Shown in pieces: positions 55,516 through 63,770 of a DNA stretch of 64,000 nt (the stretch's first letter is position 1; each line of letters opens with the position of its first letter). This stretch comes from an uncultured Candidatus Bathyarchaeia archaeon. Lineage in GTDB: Archaea > Thermoproteota > Bathyarchaeia > Bathyarchaeales > Bathyarchaeaceae. The position numbers were made by a program, and so were the translations under genes. Below the pieces are notes generated by a model. It made no database searches. It was not told the origin of the DNA and saw only the letters and a program-made list of their open reading frames with translations. The stretch covers positions 152,202 through 216,201 of the forward strand of contig CAYQMM010000003.1 in assembly GCA_964418675.1 (NCBI GenBank), given 5' to 3'.

Positions 55516-55683
55516 GCCCGAGATGGGTCGAAGCCGAGGCAGACCAACCAAACACCGCCAGCAATCCAGCTGTCAGCCACAACCCGCCTCAGTTGATGCA
55601 ATCGCGCGAGACAGACTACAGCCAACTGCTGGGCAACCAACCGTGCCTAGCCAACCTATCCAAGCGTGCTCCCCAACTCGGGC
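55516..55683. ncRNA. Unclassified structured-RNA candidate (168 nt closed by a ~12-bp terminal helix)
   Basis: GCCCGAG-A-UGGG at 55516-55527 pairs with CCCA-A-CUCGGGC at 55672-55683. An internal 7-bp helix (CTGAGGC/GCCTCGG on the reverse strand) and several CAGC/GCTG hairpins are present. The segment is G+C-rich between AT-rich flanks. The only ORF (59 aa, P/Q/R/S/T-rich) looks non-coding. Confidence 0.35.
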
Positions 55684-55967
55684 AATCATCTAGAATGGAT
55701 TCGTAATCTATATAGATTATCAAAATGAGTGATAGCATAAAACCAGACAAAAACAGTGACTTTTGACAGATTCCTTTGCATCTAACAACAATGGTTTGAG
55801 TTTTTGTTTGGTGCCTATATTAAGCATATAAAGGGAATGAACTGTCAAAACGCATTTCACGGTTTCTCTCTTGAAAATTTTCACGTAGCCAAATAAAACA
55901 GTTCATAATTGAACAGAAAGACAGGGGACAGCAAATTTATCTGCAGCTTTCAGCTTTGTCTCAGAAT

Positions 55968-56129
55968 ATGCCAAAAGAGAAAAAGCGAAAGAAGGCGACC
56001 AGCAGCAGGGAAAGTTCGGTGGAAGAATATCTGAAACAGTTGCCTCCCCCTCCTGAAGAACATGCCCATGAGTTAAAGATGGAGAAACGCCTCAAGCGCC
56101 TGATTGAGGAACAAGAGAAGAAGAGATGA
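55968..56129 (+). CDS. Possible 53-aa basic coiled-coil peptide
   Basis: My own translation is MPKEKKRKKATSSRESSVEEYLKQLPPPPEEHAHELKMEKRLKRLIEEQEKKR. It is below the track threshold and has no homology support. Confidence 0.3.
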   Translation: MPKEKKRKKATSSRESSVEEYLKQLPPPPEEHAHELKMEKRLKRLIEEQEKKR

Positions 56130-56135
56130 AGGCAG

Positions 56136-56429
56136 TCAACCGCCATGAACCATCGGAACCAGAACAACTTCCTCAGCGTCTCTGACCTCGGTCTCAAGCC
56201 CCTGTAAAGCGCTGATCTCCTTTCCTCCCACGAGAATGAGAGAGTTTGGTCTGGGGTCCTCAAGTTTTGAATCAAGTAAGACCTGCTTGAATTCGGATGA
56301 AAAAGTTTCCGTAAGCTTCATTATCACTTTTCTAACGGTTGCAGGTTCCTCCAGCTTCACCTGAAGACGTTTTCTGCCGGAAAGCCGTTGGAATGTCCCT
56401 AAAAACCTAACTTCTACAGTGACAACCAT
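56136..56429 (-). CDS. MoaD/ThiS-family ubiquitin-like beta-grasp protein ending in Gly-Gly (SAMP-like)
   Basis: The 97-aa ORF reads MVVTVEVRFLG...LILVGGKEI...EVVLVPMVHGG-stop. Confidence 0.75.
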   Translation of the reverse strand: MVVTVEVRFLGTFQRLSGRKRLQVKLEEPATVRKVIMKLTETFSSEFKQVLLDSKLEDPRPNSLILVGGKEISALQGLETEVRDAEEVVLVPMVHGG

Positions 56430-56447
56430 AGCTAACTCTCTCGTAAG

Positions 56448-56825
56448 CTACTGGGGGATTTCGCCTCCGAAAAGCTCCACTATCTCCGTTGCAAATTCAA
56501 TTATATCGCTCACGTGTTCCAGTGTCTTTTCGTTATCCGATGTAGGGTTATGCGCCAATTGTTGGAGGGTTTTTTCGAGTTCGACGAGAAAATTCAAAAT
56601 CGGCTCTTTAACATCCTGTCTCGTGTGGAGGGTCTCATGGACTATCGGCGCGATATAAGTGGGGTCCCCCAAGCTGTAGTAGATGGATGCTTGGGCTTTC
56701 GTCAGGGCTTCCATGATGAAACCTGTTGCCATGTAAGGCGTTTTTTTAGCCGCGGTCAACTCTGCCTTTGCTTCTCTCAAGTAACGTAGAGCCCAGCCTT
56801 TTCGATAACCATCCATCGTTGACAA
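56448..56825 (-). CDS. Helical protein of unknown function (HEPN-like four-helix appearance, no Rx4-6H motif seen)
   Basis: This 125-aa ORF lies 18 nt upstream of, and on the same strand as, the SAMP-like gene. Confidence 0.4.
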   Translation of the reverse strand: MSTMDGYRKGWALRYLREAKAELTAAKKTPYMATGFIMEALTKAQASIYYSLGDPTYIAPIVHETLHTRQDVKEPILNFLVELEKTLQQLAHNPTSDNEKTLEHVSDIIEFATEIVELFGGEIPQ

Positions 56826-56937
56826 TCGGGTTGCCTCTCCCAGTCTGTCTGCTCAGTTCAGTTTATTCATGAAAGGTACGCAAGTAATTATAAAAGATTC
56901 GACAGAACTTAACGAAGAAGGAACCGAACAGCCCACT

Positions 56938-57162
56938 TTAACTTTGTTCTTCCTCAGCTTCGGCAGCTTCAGAACCATAAATTGTGCCTGCCAATCTTGC
57001 AGTGTAACCAGCTACCCTGTTTCTCAGCTTCGTTGAAGAAATGTTGGTGAGAGCCTCCACAAGTTTTTTGTTGTTCTCAAAATCCGTAGTGAATTTGTCC
57101 GGATACCTGTCTAGCAGCTTTCGAGCTATCCTCTTCACCTGCTCAGTTCGCACTTTCCCCAA
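56938..57162 (-). CDS. rps17e: Ribosomal protein S17e (eS17)
   Basis: [35 protein letters not shown]. Confidence 0.9.
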   Translation of the reverse strand: MGKVRTEQVKRIARKLLDRYPDKFTTDFENNKKLVEALTNISSTKLRNRVAGYTARLAGTIYGSEAAEAEEEQS

Positions 57163-57201
57163 ATCTTAACCTGTCCTCCATCTAAGCGAGTCCTTGCTTC
57201 T

Positions 57202-58023
57202 TTAGACATGAATCCCCTCATCATGCCTTTTATCCCTTACGCCTTCCACTCCAAAAAAGTCAGTGAAATTCTGGAAAATCTGTTCAGCAACCTCACTTTT
57301 CTCCTTTCCCTTCAGTTGAGCTATGGCTTCAACTGCCGTGGGAATGAAAGCAGGCGTAGTCGCTTTACCTTTGAATGGTCCCCAGAAACGGACAGGCCCA
57401 TCCGTTTCTGTCATGAGATTCGTTAAGGGTATTCGCCTAATAACCTCGCGGATGCCCGTTGAAAATACTGCGGGCGGTCCTTCAGTGATGTAGTAGCCGT
57501 GGTCCACGATTCGGGATATTAGGCTGTGGGGTCGACTGAACCAGTGCAACAAAACTTTTTTGATTTTGTAGGATGCGAGAAGACTCATAATCTGGCTTGT
57601 GGTTCCCCTAGAATGGATTATTACGGGTAAAGCCAACTTCTCAGCCGCAGACAGCAGTTCATGGAAGACCTGCATCTGGATTTCTGTGGGTTCTCCGCCT
57701 CCCGAGTAACTGGAATCTAATCCTATCTCCCCCACAGCAACCACTCTTTCCCGGTTCTCTCCATTTTGGTAAATTAGATTAATTGTTTCCTGTAATTCGT
57801 TTGGGGATAGATTTTTGGTGTTCCAAGGATGAATTCCCAGAGCAGCATATACGTGGTCAGGATATTCCTCAGCTAACTGAAGGCTTTGATGACTAGTCTC
57901 TAAGTTCATGGAATTTGAGACCAAAGCAACGACGCCTGATTGTTTTGCGTCTTCCACGATTTCTCCAACTTTCGGTGCGTAATCGCTGTCTGAAAGGTGA
58001 ATGTGGGCATCAACAAATCTCAT
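57202..58023 (-). CDS. tatD: TatD-family metal-dependent hydrolase
   Basis: FVDAHIHL, GEIGLD, VIIHSR, LHWF and ETDGP. Confidence 0.85.
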   Translation of the reverse strand: MRFVDAHIHLSDSDYAPKVGEIVEDAKQSGVVALVSNSMNLETSHQSLQLAEEYPDHVYAALGIHPWNTKNLSPNELQETINLIYQNGENRERVVAVGEIGLDSSYSGGGEPTEIQMQVFHELLSAAEKLALPVIIHSRGTTSQIMSLLASYKIKKVLLHWFSRPHSLISRIVDHGYYITEGPPAVFSTGIREVIRRIPLTNLMTETDGPVRFWGPFKGKATTPAFIPTAVEAIAQLKGKEKSEVAEQIFQNFTDFFGVEGVRDKRHDEGIHV

Positions 58024-58062
58024 GTCTCTTGACAGGTTTCCTTGGAGCTAAAAACCTTTCTG

Positions 58063-58227
58063 CTAGTTCAGTTCAGCCACCAGTCTCTCCAAGGTTTCCT
58101 TTACTCGAATAATATGCTGTAATGTTTCTTTTGAGCCTTCAAAATTTCTCGTTGTCTCTTTGCACTGTCTCAGAACATCTTGGAAGGCTCTTCGGCAACG
58201 AAATCTCTCCAAACCCTCACCGATCAT
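58063..58227 (-). CDS. Possible 54-aa helical peptide
   Basis: My own translation is MIGEGLERFRCRRAFQDVLRQCKETTRNFEGSKETLQHIIRVKETLERLVAELN. It lies between osmC and tatD on the same strand and is below the track threshold. Confidence 0.3.
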   Translation of the reverse strand: MIGEGLERFRCRRAFQDVLRQCKETTRNFEGSKETLQHIIRVKETLERLVAELN

Positions 58228-58408
58228 CTCGGTTTCATGGAAGAGGCTTAAAAGACAAGCGCTTCAACGAATAAGACTGTCCTGAACAGACTTGAGTGAA
58301 AGTAAAAGTAGCAAACTCAGCAATTAAGCGGCTTTTCTGCAACGAAGCAACTAAGCTATGAGTTAGAAGACCTCCTCTATGGAGATTCGCTGAAATAGGA
58401 GAGAGAGT

Positions 58409-58837
58409 TTACTCAGTGGTTGTTTCTAATTCTATCTTTACCGGTATCTTTTCCGTAAAGATGGATACAACTGGACAGTTTGCTTCGGTTCTCCTCCAGA
58501 CAGCCTCGATCTTTTGTTTTCTCGCTTTCGCAGTTACTGTAACTTTCATGTTCACGCCTGTCAATTTAGGGGAATCAGCAGGCTTTTCCGCTTCTGCCAC
58601 GACCTCCACCTTGCTGAGTTCCACTTTGCTCTTTTTGCAAACATCGGCAAATATTGTTACGGCGCAGTCAGCCAGAGACATGATTGCCAGCTCCAGTGCG
58701 CTTGGTCCCGTATTGTCTCCACCTTTTGCAGTTCCCAAGTCCAACACTACGCTATGACCTCGAGAATTGCTTGCTATGGACTGAATGTTCTCCACTAATT
58801 TTGCAGTTGCTTTGATTGTGGGCATTTCTTTCACCAA
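58409..58837 (-). CDS. osmC: OsmC/Ohr-family peroxiredoxin-like protein
   Basis: The 142-aa ORF carries GGDNTGPSALELAIMSLADC...ANCPV, the two conserved Cys regions. Confidence 0.8.
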   Translation of the reverse strand: MVKEMPTIKATAKLVENIQSIASNSRGHSVVLDLGTAKGGDNTGPSALELAIMSLADCAVTIFADVCKKSKVELSKVEVVAEAEKPADSPKLTGVNMKVTVTAKARKQKIEAVWRRTEANCPVVSIFTEKIPVKIELETTTE

Positions 58838-58995
58838 TAATTTCTACTGTTATGTTCTCTTAAGTTAAATATTTGTCTGTAGGCGAAGCAGAAATTCTGA
58901 CAGTGGCTCGCCAGAAACGCCGTTCTTCTGAGGCGAATGGCAAAACTAGATTTTATGAAGGTTTATATTTAGCGCTTATTACTAGCCTTTTTTAG

Positions 58996-59238
58996 GTGGA
59001 TGTATTGAGCGAGACAGTTGATGACCGAGTGAAAAAAGCTATTGACGAAGTGAGACCTCAATTACAGGCAGACGGCGGAGACATTGAATACATGGGATTC
59101 GATAATGGCATTGTGAAAGTAAAACTGAAGGGATCATGCAGCGGATGCCCAATGTCAGCTATGACCCTGCAGTGGGGCGTCGAAAACTTCCTCAAGAAAA
59201 GGATACCTGAAGTAAAAAAAGTAGAGGCAATCCAGTAA
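58996..59238 (+). CDS. NifU-like (Nfu C-terminal domain) Fe-S cluster protein
   Basis: VRPQLQADGGDIEYMGFDNGIVKVKLKGSCSGCPMS. Confidence 0.85.
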   Translation: MDVLSETVDDRVKKAIDEVRPQLQADGGDIEYMGFDNGIVKVKLKGSCSGCPMSAMTLQWGVENFLKKRIPEVKKVEAIQ

Positions 59239-59297
59239 CCAAAGCACTCAAAAAACCTTGAATCCGCCATCCAAGGCATTATACTTTTTTATAGCTT

Positions 59298-59320
59298 AGA
59301 ATGCGCGCGCATTCTTTTTC
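59298..59320. terminator. Perfect 18-bp palindrome followed by a T-run; possible bidirectional terminator or protein-binding site
   Basis: AGAATGCGCGCGCATTCT at 59298-59315, then TTTTC. It lies between the nifU-like and macro-domain genes. Confidence 0.3.
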
Positions 59321-59417
59321 AAATTGGCAACTTGTTTTCTCTTCTTTTCGAGTTTACAGGAGCAGTAAGAGCTAAAATCTGCTCGCACCAATATTATCTC
59401 TGTGGAGAGGTTGAAGT

Positions 59418-59798
59418 ATGCAGGTTAAGATTAACAAGACTTTCTTGGAATTGACTCAGGGAGACATAACGGACCAGACTACAGACGCCATAGTTAACGC
59501 TGCAAACACTGCATTGCAGCTCGGCGGCGGAGTAGCAGGAGCCATCAGAAGAAAAGGCGGACCAAAAATCCAAGAGGAATGCAACAAGATAGGGGGAACC
59601 TATGTGGGCGGAGCAGTGATAACAACCGGAGGAAACCTTAAGGCAAAATATGTTATCCACGCTGTCGGTCCGATTCATGGAGACGAACATGAGGATGCAA
59701 AACTGAAAGATGCAACCCTAAACTCCCTGATTTTGGCTGACAAAAAGAATCTGAAGAGCATAGCCTTCCCAGCCATAAGCACAGGAATCTTCGGATAA
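59418..59798 (+). pseudogene. Macro-domain (ADP-ribose binding/hydrolase) gene, 3'-truncated
   Basis: [21 protein letters not shown]...VIHAVGP...[12 protein letters not shown]-stop. The ORF ends inside the second conserved phosphate-binding loop (normally ISTG[IV][YF]G[YF]P followed by roughly 40-60 more residues). Confidence 0.7.
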
Positions 59799-59851
59799 TT
59801 GTGTTTCTAATCCGAGAATCCCTTTATCAAAGGTCATATTTAAGCTCTCTC

Positions 59852-60778
59852 CTACATCATGAAGGCATAGCCGACCGTAGCCAAGAATATCAGTAACATC
59901 AAAAACATAAAAGCCAACTGTGCAACCTGCGCACCGCTAAGTTCTGGTTGCTCTTGCTGTCTCTCTCTCCTTACAAAAGGCTTTGCTGGAACCAAGTTAG
60001 GCTTGCTGTTTGACCTGAACACTCCCGTTTTTATCAGCTTTGTTTCTATCCCTTTGTCATAGAAGAACTCACCAAGTCTAAGGCTTTGAAGCTGTCTAGC
60101 CTTCTCACTTCCGATATAGTTTGAAACCTTCTTTAGGTCGTTCTGTCCGTCCATTCGACTAAAATATCTTTGAAAGCTAAGCTCGAAAACTGAGGTATCA
60201 GTTAGTGCTGCCCTCTGAGTTATAGCGATGTAACCAAGTTTGAAGTTTCTTCCTGCACTCAGCAACCTAAGCAAATACTGAGCTTCATCACTTCTAAGCT
60301 GCCCCTGAGGTATCAAACTTTGAACCTCTTCAAAGACGTAAACGATTGTTTTCCGCTCTTCTTCAGGAATTCCGATTTGCCGATTCCATTCACTCTCTAA
60401 AAGCTTGGCTATGAACTCCTTCGCAATTTTTGGAGTTAACCGACTCAGGTCAAAGACGGCACTATCGTAAATACCAACATTAACTAAAGCATCAATGCCT
60501 AACTCAAAAACTCTGGGAATTGAAGACTTTAACCAAACTCGACTGATGTCAAAGACTTTCACGATTACGCCTTTTCGCATCAGCTTATCCGCTATGGTTA
60601 TGGCTAGGTTGCTCTTTGCTGTCCCTTTTCCGCCACATATGAAAACACCAGAACGCAAAGCCTCTTCAAAATCGATTTGAAGGTTAGAAGGTTCTTCTAG
60701 TTCACTTTCATCAATTAAGCTTAATCTTCTAGCTTCTTGCTCAATGTAGCTTCTGAATTCCGAATCCTCAGATTGCAT
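59852..60778 (-). CDS. P-loop NTPase with a C-terminal transmembrane helix (HerA/FtsK/Zot-like in architecture)
   Basis: VFICGGKGTAKSN (Walker A variant), TIVYVFEEVQ (Walker B) and the C-terminal VAQLAFMFLMLLIFLATVGYAFMM. Confidence 0.65.
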   Translation of the reverse strand: MQSEDSEFRSYIEQEARRLSLIDESELEEPSNLQIDFEEALRSGVFICGGKGTAKSNLAITIADKLMRKGVIVKVFDISRVWLKSSIPRVFELGIDALVNVGIYDSAVFDLSRLTPKIAKEFIAKLLESEWNRQIGIPEEERKTIVYVFEEVQSLIPQGQLRSDEAQYLLRLLSAGRNFKLGYIAITQRAALTDTSVFELSFQRYFSRMDGQNDLKKVSNYIGSEKARQLQSLRLGEFFYDKGIETKLIKTGVFRSNSKPNLVPAKPFVRRERQQEQPELSGAQVAQLAFMFLMLLIFLATVGYAFMM

Positions 60779-61251
60779 CAGTTCCCTTCTAGCTTCTTCA
60801 TAGATTCCCGATTCCTTCAGTTCTTCGACTTCAGGGTTTATTGAACTTACGCTATGGTTTCTGCCGTGATAAATCGCAAAAGCTCTTTCAATTATGTCAT
60901 TCTGTGTTGGTGTTGTCGTTTTTCTTTTCCTCCATTTTTGTTTTAGACAAGTAAAATCTAGCCTTATTTGCTTATAAGCCTTACGATTTGGCTTCTAAAT
61001 TGAAAAATAACACCATTTCAGGGCAGAACATTAATAAGCACCGCAAATCAAACCGTTTTCAGGTTCCCAGACTTTGAACGAGAAACCCCTTCCCCAGACC
61101 GACAACAGACAAGCCACGCAGACCATAGAAGGAGAAAGAAGGATGAAGCTAACCCGACCAATCGAAGGAGAAACCGCAAGACCTGAAGACCATTGAGAAA
61201 CTTTTGGCGAAAACTAAGGGATGGGAGGGGGACAGTAACTAAGCCTTTTCT

Positions 61252-61827
61252 TCACTCTCTTTTTTCTTGTTCCAACCTAGAAGTTATATAGTCAACTAAT
61301 CTTTCTAATTTCTCATACCTTTTTTGTTTAATTTGTTCATCTACCCAAACCAGTTCGGAACCTAATTTGAGTAATATAACCTCAGGGTCATTGATTATCT
61401 TCTTTTTACCAGAAATAATCTTTCCTTTCCCGTTTGTAAACGTTTCCTGCAAAACCGTAGTTCCATCAGGATAATCTAAAGCGTGTGTTACACGGTAAAC
61501 ACCAGAATAAGGTTTCTTCCTTGACGACAAACTCGTTTTCCGAAAATGAACATCTTTAGGAACATGCGACATAGCATTTAAGATTAGATCATAATAATAA
61601 CTACCATTATCAGAATCCCACTTTTGAAGCAAACGCAAGTCAGACCTAAACCGATTAGTCAATGCAGGTAAATCCTCAATTATCCTTTTAATCCGAGAAT
61701 CATATTGCCAATGCTTATTCATCAACCCATTCTTTTCCGCCTCTTCGGCAGCTTCAATATTATCTAAAAATTTATCCCTTCTAAGGATGTATTCCTTCAA
61801 AACAGGGGAGATAAAATTACCCTTCAT
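61252..61827 (-). CDS. Hypothetical protein (mobile-element module)
   Basis: A 191-aa ORF with no motif that I recognise. Confidence 0.4.
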   Translation of the reverse strand: MKGNFISPVLKEYILRRDKFLDNIEAAEEAEKNGLMNKHWQYDSRIKRIIEDLPALTNRFRSDLRLLQKWDSDNGSYYYDLILNAMSHVPKDVHFRKTSLSSRKKPYSGVYRVTHALDYPDGTTVLQETFTNGKGKIISGKKKIINDPEVILLKLGSELVWVDEQIKQKRYEKLERLVDYITSRLEQEKRE

Positions 61828-61908
61828 CGCTTGTTCGCCTTATAAAAAATTGTAAGGCTAGCCTATAAAGATTACCTCACAATTCTATAATTGCTATGGT
61901 GAGTTAAT

Positions 61909-62184
61909 ATGACAACAACCATACAAATAAGTGAGACCAATAAGAACCGCCTCGAGTCAATTTTGAAGAAAACGGAAACTTTTGACTTCGCTATCAGCGT
62001 GTTACTCCTTTGTTTTGATAAACCCCGTTTCGCCGCAGGTGACATACTAGGTCGTGGACGCACGGTTTACCCAAAATTCCCAGATGAAGAAATTGCAGAA
62101 ATCAGGCAACAGCTAGGGAAATATGCCGAAGTTGAACCCCTCAAAACGGCTCAAGAAATCCGAGCGGAAACCAAAAAGAAGTGA
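61909..62184 (+). CDS. Ribbon-helix-helix-like small protein
   Basis: The N-terminal TIQISETNKNRLESILKK is a typical RHH beta-strand plus helix start. Confidence 0.45.
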   Translation: MTTTIQISETNKNRLESILKKTETFDFAISVLLLCFDKPRFAAGDILGRGRTVYPKFPDEEIAEIRQQLGKYAEVEPLKTAQEIRAETKKK

Positions 62185-62194
62185 GGAAACCAAA

Positions 62195-62503
62195 ATGACC
62201 GATGTAAAAACCACAAGCGAGCGACCCATCAAAGACGACATAGGCACAGCTTACGGCTTAGGAGCCGTTCAGGCTATGAACGAACCGCTTTCACAGGACG
62301 AGAACTGGACTACCGCTCATAATGACCGAGATGAAGCGCATAGGATTGCCCTAGCGGAAGAAGACAAACACTATGCTCAAAATCACCCCGACCCAGAACC
62401 ACCGATTGAAATCTTTGAGACACCAGAACAGCCAACAAACAACCGTGCAGACGTTCAGGCAGCCATGCGGCGCAACCTAATCAATCGAAGGAGGCGCAAG
62501 TGA
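62195..62503 (+). CDS. Hypothetical acidic protein with a basic tail
   Basis: I moved the start to the ATG at 62195 (MTDVKTTSERP), preceded by GAGGAAAC. The track start at 62123 overlaps the previous gene. Confidence 0.4.
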   Translation: MTDVKTTSERPIKDDIGTAYGLGAVQAMNEPLSQDENWTTAHNDRDEAHRIALAEEDKHYAQNHPDPEPPIEIFETPEQPTNNRADVQAAMRRNLINRRRRK

Positions 62504-62865
62504 TGGACGACCGCACCATCGCCAAAATAAACGCAGAAGTTAGAGAAATGCTGAAGAAACAAAAAGCCGCAGGTGGTGGACGAGCAGCCAGAGCAAGATT
62601 TTTGGCGATGAACGCAGACCTTGAAAAAAACCCACGTGCCCTTCTTGACATAGCTGAATCCACAATTCCCCCCGAAGTTAAACAGCATGAGCAGCAAATA
62701 TATGATGAAAATGAAGAAGCCATGCTTGTCCAAGCTGTCCAACAGAGTGGTAGCAACCCCGCAGCTACAGCGAGTTTCTCCCACTTGGCGAAATTTCTAG
62801 CTGAGAGATACGGCGAGGGAGCAATGGAAAAAGCCCGAGAGCTTTTAGGAGCAGACCAACAATGA
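62500..62865 (+). CDS. Hypothetical protein
   Basis: A 121-aa ORF with an ATGA overlap on both sides. Confidence 0.4.
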   Translation: MMDDRTIAKINAEVREMLKKQKAAGGGRAARARFLAMNADLEKNPRALLDIAESTIPPEVKQHEQQIYDENEEAMLVQAVQQSGSNPAATASFSHLAKFLAERYGEGAMEKARELLGADQQ

Positions 62866-63383
62866 GCAAACTTAAAAATCCGTTCGCAGACCCCACGAAA
62901 CGCCATGTTCTACAGGGCGACTTCATCGGTTCCAAAGAATGGCACCGCAGAGCCACTTTTGAGGAACAGATCATAGCTTACTGTCTTGAAAAAAACTTTA
63001 GTGCTGAAGACTTCATCAAACATTTCAACGAAAACATCGCTCCGTCGCTCGCCAAAGTCTACAAAAATCGTGAGGAACAAAAAAAGAAGCTCAGGGAAGA
63101 ATGGAAAGAAAAGAGGAGAATTTCTGAACTGCCCGAAAATTATCTGCCACAGATTTTCCTAGCAAGAAAACACGCCCCGCAAAAACTGAACGAGACCATA
63201 CAAAAATACACACTAAAGGACTTCAGGAAGGTGCATCAGAGAGCAATAAATGGAGACTTCGACAGCCTACTTGGCATTTCAGCTTTACCGTTTATTCAAT
63301 GGCTAAACATGGTAATCCAACAGAAACAAGCAAAACCCGCATCTACAAAACAAAAAATCTTAAACACCCTCAGAGGTCACTAA
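62862..63383 (+). CDS. Hypothetical protein
   Basis: A 173-aa ORF that is translationally coupled to its neighbours. Confidence 0.4.
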   Translation: MSKLKNPFADPTKRHVLQGDFIGSKEWHRRATFEEQIIAYCLEKNFSAEDFIKHFNENIAPSLAKVYKNREEQKKKLREEWKEKRRISELPENYLPQIFLARKHAPQKLNETIQKYTLKDFRKVHQRAINGDFDSLLGISALPFIQWLNMVIQQKQAKPASTKQKILNTLRGH

Positions 63384-63384
63384 C

Positions 63385-63756
63385 ATGCTCTACGGCGACA
63401 CAGTAATCCTCCTAGACGACATATCAAGCGGATCAAGCGTAGTCTACAGCAAATCCGTTAATGTCAAGGACTTCAGCAAACTACTACTCCACTTCAAAGA
63501 AGGCGGCTATAGCAATGTCGAAATAACCGTTTATGCCCGCCTCAAAAAAGACGTGGATAACGCAACGACATGGACAACCATCCTAGCAGCAACGCTTCTA
63601 TCTAGCGGCGGAACTGCCATTCTTGTTTCTGGTAGCTTAACTGGTGCGACTCAGGTGGAACTTCTTGATGAAGTTTGGGACGAAATCCGAGTGGGAATCA
63701 AAAACAGCGGCGGAACAGGAAACGTCAAAGCTTACATCTCTAGGCGAAGACGATAA
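63385..63756 (+). CDS. Hypothetical beta-rich protein (possible structural protein)
   Basis: The 123-aa ORF has alternating hydrophobic patterns (VEITVYARL, AILVSGSL, IRVGIKN, VKAYIS) and an RRRR tail. The structural role is inference only. Confidence 0.35.
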   Translation: MLYGDTVILLDDISSGSSVVYSKSVNVKDFSKLLLHFKEGGYSNVEITVYARLKKDVDNATTWTTILAATLLSSGGTAILVSGSLTGATQVELLDEVWDEIRVGIKNSGGTGNVKAYISRRRR

Positions 63757-63770
63757 CGGAGCCACAGCCA

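Noticed and set aside
55515-55694. A 59-aa plus-strand ORF (MPEMGRSRGRPTKHRQQSSCQPQP...).
   Set aside because: It is below the track threshold and its P/Q/R/S/T-rich composition is unlike the rest of the proteome. It coincides exactly with a segment having a 12-bp terminal helix, so it is more likely RNA than protein. It is kept only as an alternative in the finding.
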